A stretch of 32,000 bases of DNA from Bacteroidales bacterium (GTDB lineage Bacteria; Bacteroidota; Bacteroidia; Bacteroidales; FEN-979): positions 4,997-36,996 of the forward strand of contig JBBRTX010000015.1 of the NCBI GenBank assembly GCA_038244085.1, in the 5' to 3' direction. Position numbers and translations under genes: made by a program. Positions 26,715 through 32,000 of the stretch are shown piece after piece (positions within the stretch are counted from its first letter, which is position 1; the number at the start of each line of letters is the position of its first letter). Below the pieces are notes generated by a model. It searched no databases and had not been told where the DNA came from. It saw nothing but the letters and a program-made list of their open reading frames with translations.

Positions 26715-28736
26715 TCAACGTACCTTTTTCAACACCAATGCCGTCCTGTTGGTGATATAAATATTCAACAGATGCATTTGTCCTGTTTTATCAGGATGCG
26801 AGAAAAATACTGTTTTCTCATCAATCCTTCCGTGACCGCCGTAGCCAGAATTATCGGTATTCAGGACAATAATATATTCCCCGGGTTCCGGAACACTGAA
26901 TTCATAATCAGGTATGGAATGCCCGGTGTGAAAGTTAACAATAAAAATCAAACCAGCACGCTCAAAAACGATAGTTTTATTCGCATCGTCCATATTTAAC
27001 TGCCTGCCTTCTTTACGAAAGATCCCGTAACGGGTCACCATATGAATCATGTCCTTGTCAAATGCTCCCAGGAAATGGTATTTAAGGTCCTGGTCTTCTA
27101 CCAGTGACCACATTCTGCGGGCATATTGAAACGACCAGTTATTACCTTCCCGCGGGAAGTCAATCCAGTCGGGATGACCAAATTCATTGCCCATGAAATT
27201 CAGGTAAGCCTGTCCACCAAGAGAAATGGTCATCAGCCGGATGATCTTGTGGAGGGATATCCCCCGGTCAATCACAATATCACTGTCTTCCTTATGCATA
27301 TGGAAGTAAATGTTGCTCTGCATCAGGCGGAACGCCAGCGTTTGATCACCTACCAGGGCCTGGTCATGCGATTCAGCATAGGCAACCGTTTTAACGCCCG
27401 GCTGCCGATCGGTCAGCACATTCCACATCTCGTGGATGTTCCATTCTTCATCGGTTTTTTCTTTCAGGATCCGGATCCAGTAATCGGGAATAGCCATTCC
27501 GAGCCGGTAATCAAAACCGACACCACCGTCCTTAACCGGGTTGCATAGCCCGGGCATCCCGCTTACATCTTCAGCGATGGTGATGGCACCGGGATAGATC
27601 GTATGGGTAAGGTGGTTGGCCAGCTGAAGATAAACGAGGGCATCCCATTCAACTCCATCCCGGAAATAGCCGTTGATGTCCCAGTTGTCCCGGAATCCGT
27701 GATCGAAATACATCATCGACGTGACCCCGTCGAACCGGAAACCATCAAAGTGAAATTCCTTTAACCAGAATTTTACATTAGATAACAAAAACTGAAGGAC
27801 TTCTCTTTTTCCGTAATCGAAACATTTTGAATCCCAGTGAGGATGATAACCACGGTCTCCGGGATGAAAATACTGGCTGTCGGAACCATCAAACTCATTC
27901 AAACCTTCATTGATGTTTTTAACCGTATGGGAATGAATAAGATCCATAATCACTGCCAAATCCTGTTCGTGGGCTTTTCTGATCAGGTATTTGAGATCTT
28001 CCGGGGTTCCGAAACGGGAAGAAACGGCAAAAAAGTTTGAAACATGATATCCAAAGGAAGCATAATAAGGATGCTCGGCAATGGCCATCAGCTGGATGGT
28101 GTTATAGCCGGAATTCTTGACATAGGGGATCAGATAATCAACAAATTCGACGAAAGTACCAATGCCTTCCTTTTCCATGGCCATCCCAACATGGCATTCA
28201 TAAATCAGCAGATCTTTATGTTTCCCGATCTTGAAATCATCGCCTTCCCAGTCGAATGCAGGGGGTAGCCATACCTGGCCTGAAAAATTTTTGGTTTCCG
28301 GATCCTGCACCACCCGTTGTAAATAGGCAGGAATCCGTTCGATAAATCCTTTGTCTGAATGAACCATCACCTTGATCAGGCTCTGATGGGTAAAGCGGTC
28401 TTTATAGGTGGCTTCATCGAGAAAAATTTCCCAGATACCGTCCTGATTCCGGTTCAGCCGGTGAGCATATCGTTGCCAGTCATTAAAGTCGCCGAAAAGA
28501 TAGAGATCCTGTGCTTTCGGAGCCCATTCGCGATACCACCAGCCTTTCTTTTTCGCGTCGTAGTGAATGCCGAAATAGTTATAGGCATCTGCAAATTTTT
28601 TCAGGCTTCCCCAATGGTCAGTGATATCCTTCAGGGTATATTGAAACCGATGATAACGATCCATGACTTCCTGTTCGACCTGTTCGAGCCATGGATCATT
28701 TTTTACCAGACCAATTTTTTTCCCTGGTTTAGTCAT
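26715..28736 (-). CDS. glgB: 1,4-alpha-glucan branching enzyme
   Basis: WWYREWAPKAQDLYLFGDFNDW, DLIHSH, FRFDGVTSMMYFDH, TIAEDVSGMPG, YAESHDQALVGDQT. Confidence 0.93.
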   Translation of the reverse strand: MTKPGKKIGLVKNDPWLEQVEQEVMDRYHRFQYTLKDITDHWGSLKKFADAYNYFGIHYDAKKKGWWYREWAPKAQDLYLFGDFNDWQRYAHRLNRNQDGIWEIFLDEATYKDRFTHQSLIKVMVHSDKGFIERIPAYLQRVVQDPETKNFSGQVWLPPAFDWEGDDFKIGKHKDLLIYECHVGMAMEKEGIGTFVEFVDYLIPYVKNSGYNTIQLMAIAEHPYYASFGYHVSNFFAVSSRFGTPEDLKYLIRKAHEQDLAVIMDLIHSHTVKNINEGLNEFDGSDSQYFHPGDRGYHPHWDSKCFDYGKREVLQFLLSNVKFWLKEFHFDGFRFDGVTSMMYFDHGFRDNWDINGYFRDGVEWDALVYLQLANHLTHTIYPGAITIAEDVSGMPGLCNPVKDGGVGFDYRLGMAIPDYWIRILKEKTDEEWNIHEMWNVLTDRQPGVKTVAYAESHDQALVGDQTLAFRLMQSNIYFHMHKEDSDIVIDRGISLHKIIRLMTISLGGQAYLNFMGNEFGHPDWIDFPREGNNWSFQYARRMWSLVEDQDLKYHFLGAFDKDMIHMVTRYGIFRKEGRQLNMDDANKTIVFERAGLIFIVNFHTGHSIPDYEFSVPEPGEYIIVLNTDNSGYGGHGRIDEKTVFFSHPDKTGQMHLLNIYITNRTALVLKKVR

Positions 28737-28739
28737 GTG

Positions 28740-29528
28740 CTAAGGAAGGTTACAACCATTATTTACAGGAAACCCTGCATATTCGGACTGGATAGCGTTT
28801 GACAGCATATCCGTAAAGCCCTTTTCTGTTTCAGGGAGATCTTTGATACAAATCGCATCGGGATGAAATTGTTCAATCCACCAAATGCAGTTTTGAATCA
28901 GGTAGCGGGGTATGAGCGGGGTTTTCAGATTCAATTGAAACGAGGCCGTTCTGGAGGTTTTTTGAATGATCAGCCAGTTTGACATCGGGCGACGGCTTAC
29001 CCACTCATGGCCTTGTCCTGTTTGGAGGCTCAGTTCCATGATCACTTTTATTCCCTGCTGATGCAATGTGTCGGCGAGCAGGAAAAACTGGCCGTTTTCC
29101 TTGTACTTTTCACGAATCTGGTAATAGCTGACCGAAGAGGTTGAAACAAAAACGGGAGGAACTTCCTGTATAACAGGCCTGGTGAAACCGATTCTTTCCC
29201 TGATCTCATAGAGGTATTCAGCCACCACTTTTCCGTCCACTGAGAATGAGATGGGGAAATTGCCTGCCTGCAGGGCATCTGTGAGTTTCAGATCCAGGAA
29301 TAAATAATCCGGGCTGTCGGTGGTTCTGGCTTTAATCAGTTCAATGCCTGGTGTGAAGATCGAAGGGTTTGTCTGGGCTATGTTCTTCCCATAAACCATC
29401 AGTTGCAGATTCTTGTCCTGAAATCCGTTCCACCAGAAAGGAGGCTCAATGCGTTCGAGGGTGCCTTTCTGGGCAAACGAAATCATAAAAACAAAGTTCA
29501 GAAGGACGAGGAAGAGCGCCTGTTTCAT
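28740..29528 (-). CDS. Short secreted GH13 derivative (cyclomaltodextrinase N-domain plus remnant barrel), predicted catalytically dead
   Basis: ERIEPPFWWNGFQDKNLQLMVYGKNIAQ... matches the N-domain of neopullulanase/cyclomaltodextrinase-like proteins; then LADTLHQQGIKVIMELSL and IWWIEQFHPDAICIKD; no PDRF, GGD, GFRxD, E or NHD motifs. Confidence 0.75.
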   Translation of the reverse strand: MKQALFLVLLNFVFMISFAQKGTLERIEPPFWWNGFQDKNLQLMVYGKNIAQTNPSIFTPGIELIKARTTDSPDYLFLDLKLTDALQAGNFPISFSVDGKVVAEYLYEIRERIGFTRPVIQEVPPVFVSTSSVSYYQIREKYKENGQFFLLADTLHQQGIKVIMELSLQTGQGHEWVSRRPMSNWLIIQKTSRTASFQLNLKTPLIPRYLIQNCIWWIEQFHPDAICIKDLPETEKGFTDMLSNAIQSEYAGFPVNNGCNLP

Positions 29529-29565
29529 AAAAACGAATTATTGATGATTCAAAATTAGGAAAAAT

Positions 29566-31056
29566 TCATGAATCTCTGCCATACAATTTTGCCAGCCGGA
29601 CCAATCTCTTCTCCAGGGTCTTGGAAAAAGCGGATACATTGCAGCGCCAGTTCCAGTTGTTGGTGATGGTTCCGGGCGTGTTCATCCTGGCCTCACTGCC
29701 CAGTTCGAGAAGATCCTGCAAGGGCACGATGGCAAGGTCGGAAACGGAAGCCCATGCTTGCCGGATCATGCTGCTGCATATTGTTTCCGGTGTACAATTC
29801 ATGTATTCCAGAGCATATTCACGATCCTTTTCCGAGGCTTTTCCGAACCACCCTTTAACTGTGTCATTATCGTGGGTACCGATATATACAACGGTGTTCC
29901 GGATATAGGTATGGGGAAGGAAATTACTGACTTCTCCTGAATCAAAGGCAAATTCAAGAATCTTCATCCCGGGAAAGCCGGACGAATCCCTGAGGTCCTC
30001 CACATCCGGAGTGATCACACCAAGATCCTCGGCGATAATTGGAAGATCGCCCAACACTTGGTTTATGGCTTCGAAAAGCGCTTTCCCCGGTCCGGGCATC
30101 CATTTCCCGTTTTCTGCGGTTTCCTCACTAAACGGAACCGCCCAGTACGCGGCAAAGCCACGGAAATGGTCGATCCGGATGATATCAAAAAGCGTAAGAT
30201 TAAAACGGATCCGATCGATCCACCAGGAATACTTCTGGCCTTTCATTCGGTTCCAGTCGTAAAGAGGATTTCCCCAAAGTTGACCGGTTTCACTGAAGTA
30301 ATCCGGAGGTACTCCCCCCACTGCGACTGGATTTTTGTTTGCATCGAATTCAAAAATCTCAGGATTTGCCCACGCATCAGCACTATCCAGCGAAACATAC
30401 AAAGGGATATCCCCGATAATACGGATGTTGCACTGATTGGCATAATCTTTTAAGGAACTCCATTGCCGGAAGAAGAGATACTGAACAAACTGATGAAATT
30501 CAATCCTGTTTTTCAGGGATTTTGAGAGGGGGGCAATCGCTTCTTCTTTTTTTAACCTGAGTTCTTTCTTCCATTGATACCATGGTTTCTGTTGGCTGTA
30601 TTCCTTAATGGCCATGAAAAGGGCATAGTCATTCAGCCAGGATGCATTCGTCTCAATAAAGTAACGAAGGTCCTGCTTGTGTTCTTTTCCGGCAGATTCA
30701 TCAAACCGGGAGGCTGCTTTTTCCAGCAAGGGGATTTTTTGCCGGATTACCTCACCATAGTTAACATGGCCTGTTTCATGGATGACCGCTCCCGAAAGTT
30801 CTTCCCGTGTAAGCAATCCTTCCTCGCACAGCAATTCCGGATCAATCAGCAGTGGATTCCCGGCTTTCGAGGAGTAGCATTGATAGGGAGAATCCCCATA
30901 CCCGGTAGGTCCCAATGGCAGAATCTGCCATCGTTTGATCTTTGACCGTTGTAAAAAATCAATAAATGCAAAAGCTTCTTTTCCGAGTGTCCCGATACCG
31001 TATTTTCCCGGTAACGAAGTCGGGTGAATGAGTATTCCACCTGCCCGTTCCTTCAT
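29566..31056 (-). CDS. malQ: 4-alpha-glucanotransferase (amylomaltase, GH77)
   Basis: RAGGILIHPTSLPGKYGIGTLG, WQILPLGPTGYGDSPYQCYSSKAGNPLLID, IRIDHFRGFAAYW, IIAEDLGVITPDV, YIGTHDNDTVKGW. Confidence 0.95.
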   Translation of the reverse strand: MKERAGGILIHPTSLPGKYGIGTLGKEAFAFIDFLQRSKIKRWQILPLGPTGYGDSPYQCYSSKAGNPLLIDPELLCEEGLLTREELSGAVIHETGHVNYGEVIRQKIPLLEKAASRFDESAGKEHKQDLRYFIETNASWLNDYALFMAIKEYSQQKPWYQWKKELRLKKEEAIAPLSKSLKNRIEFHQFVQYLFFRQWSSLKDYANQCNIRIIGDIPLYVSLDSADAWANPEIFEFDANKNPVAVGGVPPDYFSETGQLWGNPLYDWNRMKGQKYSWWIDRIRFNLTLFDIIRIDHFRGFAAYWAVPFSEETAENGKWMPGPGKALFEAINQVLGDLPIIAEDLGVITPDVEDLRDSSGFPGMKILEFAFDSGEVSNFLPHTYIRNTVVYIGTHDNDTVKGWFGKASEKDREYALEYMNCTPETICSSMIRQAWASVSDLAIVPLQDLLELGSEARMNTPGTITNNWNWRCNVSAFSKTLEKRLVRLAKLYGRDS

Positions 31057-31109
31057 CTTCCTTCCATATTATAAAATTCAACCACTCGTGTTGCGGATGC
31101 AGCCTGACC

Positions 31110-31379
31110 TTAAAGAAAAGCAATGGCAAGGATCACTAAGATGACCAGAGGTGCCACAATCAATACTGTCTTCCGGTCGCGCTTGAGATTCTTATTGCAA
31201 ACAGCAATCTGATCCAATGCGAGGACATCGTTGGATTTAAAGCCAAGTGCTTTTTCATACTCGCGTTTGGCGGAAAGGAAAAGATCGATCTTCATAAAAT
31301 CTGATGCACGTCTGATGTGATCCTCATACATGAGTTCCTCATGCGAAAGATGTACTGTGGGTTCTTCGGGATGTGCCAT
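31110..31379 (-). CDS. Small membrane-anchored hypothetical protein with C-terminal TM helix
   Basis: 89-aa ORF, one TPR-like helix pair, C-terminal TVLIVAPLVILVILAIAFL. Confidence 0.6.
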   Translation of the reverse strand: MAHPEEPTVHLSHEELMYEDHIRRASDFMKIDLFLSAKREYEKALGFKSNDVLALDQIAVCNKNLKRDRKTVLIVAPLVILVILAIAFL

Positions 31380-31433
31380 GTGTAATTTTTTTTCAAAGGT
31401 AACATTTGGAATTCAAAAAGGAGCCAATCATCA

Positions 31434-31468
31434 ATGAAAAAAAGCCCCCTGCTCAAAAAGAGGGGATG
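31434..31468 (-). terminator. Probable intrinsic terminator for the 31505-32000 gene
   Basis: On minus strand CCCCTC-TTTTT-GAG(CA)GGGG followed by a poly-T run. Confidence 0.5.
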
Positions 31469-31504
31469 CAAGCAATCAGGGTCTTTTAATAATCTTAAGA
31501 AGAA

Positions 31505-32000
31505 TTAATGAATTTTATAGGATATCCCGACCCCGATATTTTCCCTGAATTGGGTTCTCGGCCCCGTGTTGCCTTGCAGGTCGGTGATCATAATGTCATT
31601 GTCGTAAATGATCTGGGTAGCAATGGTAGTAGCCAGCCATTTGTTCACCTTGAGAACAACGAGAAGATTCCAGTTTACATCGATATTTCCGAAATCTTTC
31701 AGGTAATCCGTGAAAAGGTCTAGTGTAGATGTGATATTGATGCTTTTTGAAAGATCCTTGTTGAGTGTAGCCCTGACATAAGGACCCAGTTCACCTTTGA
31801 TATGTTTGGACGAATCAACGCCGAAGGCACCCTGGTCAGCCAACCGCTGATCTAAAACGAAGGTAAAACGACCGGAAGCCGGCGAGAGGAACAGGCTGAA
31901 GAAGGGGGCCGGTTTATAACTGAATCCAGGGCCAACAACCAGGTAAGCCGGTGCCATGAAAGTTGAAATGATGGTCGTGTCATCGGGATATTTATACCCA
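31505..32000 (-). CDS. DUF3078-like outer-membrane/secreted protein, C-terminal part (truncated by window edge)
   Basis: MAPAYLVVGPGFSYKPAPFFSLFLSPASGRFTFVLD...; frame stays open from 31957 to 32000 (GYKYPDDTTIISTF). Confidence 0.7.
   Translation of the reverse strand, partial: GYKYPDDTTIISTFMAPAYLVVGPGFSYKPAPFFSLFLSPASGRFTFVLDQRLADQGAFGVDSSKHIKGELGPYVRATLNKDLSKSINITSTLDLFTDYLKDFGNIDVNWNLLVVLKVNKWLATTIATQIIYDNDIMITDLQGNTGPRTQFRENIGVGISYKIH

Noticed and set aside
29048-29278. Minus-strand alternate-frame ORF inside the short GH13-like gene, considered as frameshift evidence
   Set aside because: Its translation shows no GH13 motifs, so it does not restore the missing catalytic segments; the 262-aa frame is intact as is.

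Overview
The window looks like a chromosome segment from an anaerobic member of Bacteroidota. Evidence: T9SS sorting domain, S46 peptidase, DUF3078-like protein, and a TTTG/TAnnTTTG promoter. Positions 1 to ~4.3 kb are the end of an integrated mobile element: SF3/DUF5906-like primase-helicase, small ORF, HTH excisionase-like protein and tyrosine recombinase, with a likely att remnant of a tRNA 3' end at ~4.31 kb. The rest is chromosomal: PAP2 phosphatase, S46 dipeptidyl peptidase, a three-gene sensory phosphorelay cassette, two large TPR-like proteins, peptidase E, a T9SS-sorted protein, and a packed glycogen/maltodextrin cluster (two GH13s, glgB, a shrunken GH13-like pseudo-enzyme, malQ). The standout is a compact minus-strand operon at 13503-16326: arsR - acr3 - hgcA - hgcB. 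HgcA carries the diagnostic NVWCAAGK cap-helix motif plus a membrane domain. HgcB carries two CX2CX2CX3C clusters, an isolated Cys73 and a terminal CC pair. This is the mercury-methylation gene pair placed behind an arsenic regulator and efflux pump. A perfect inverted repeat (AATGTCG-N8-CGACATT) exactly brackets the predicted Bacteroidota -7 box (TATGTTTG), which suggests ArsR/As(III) control of mercury methylation genes. All calls come from reading the sequence; no database search was run.
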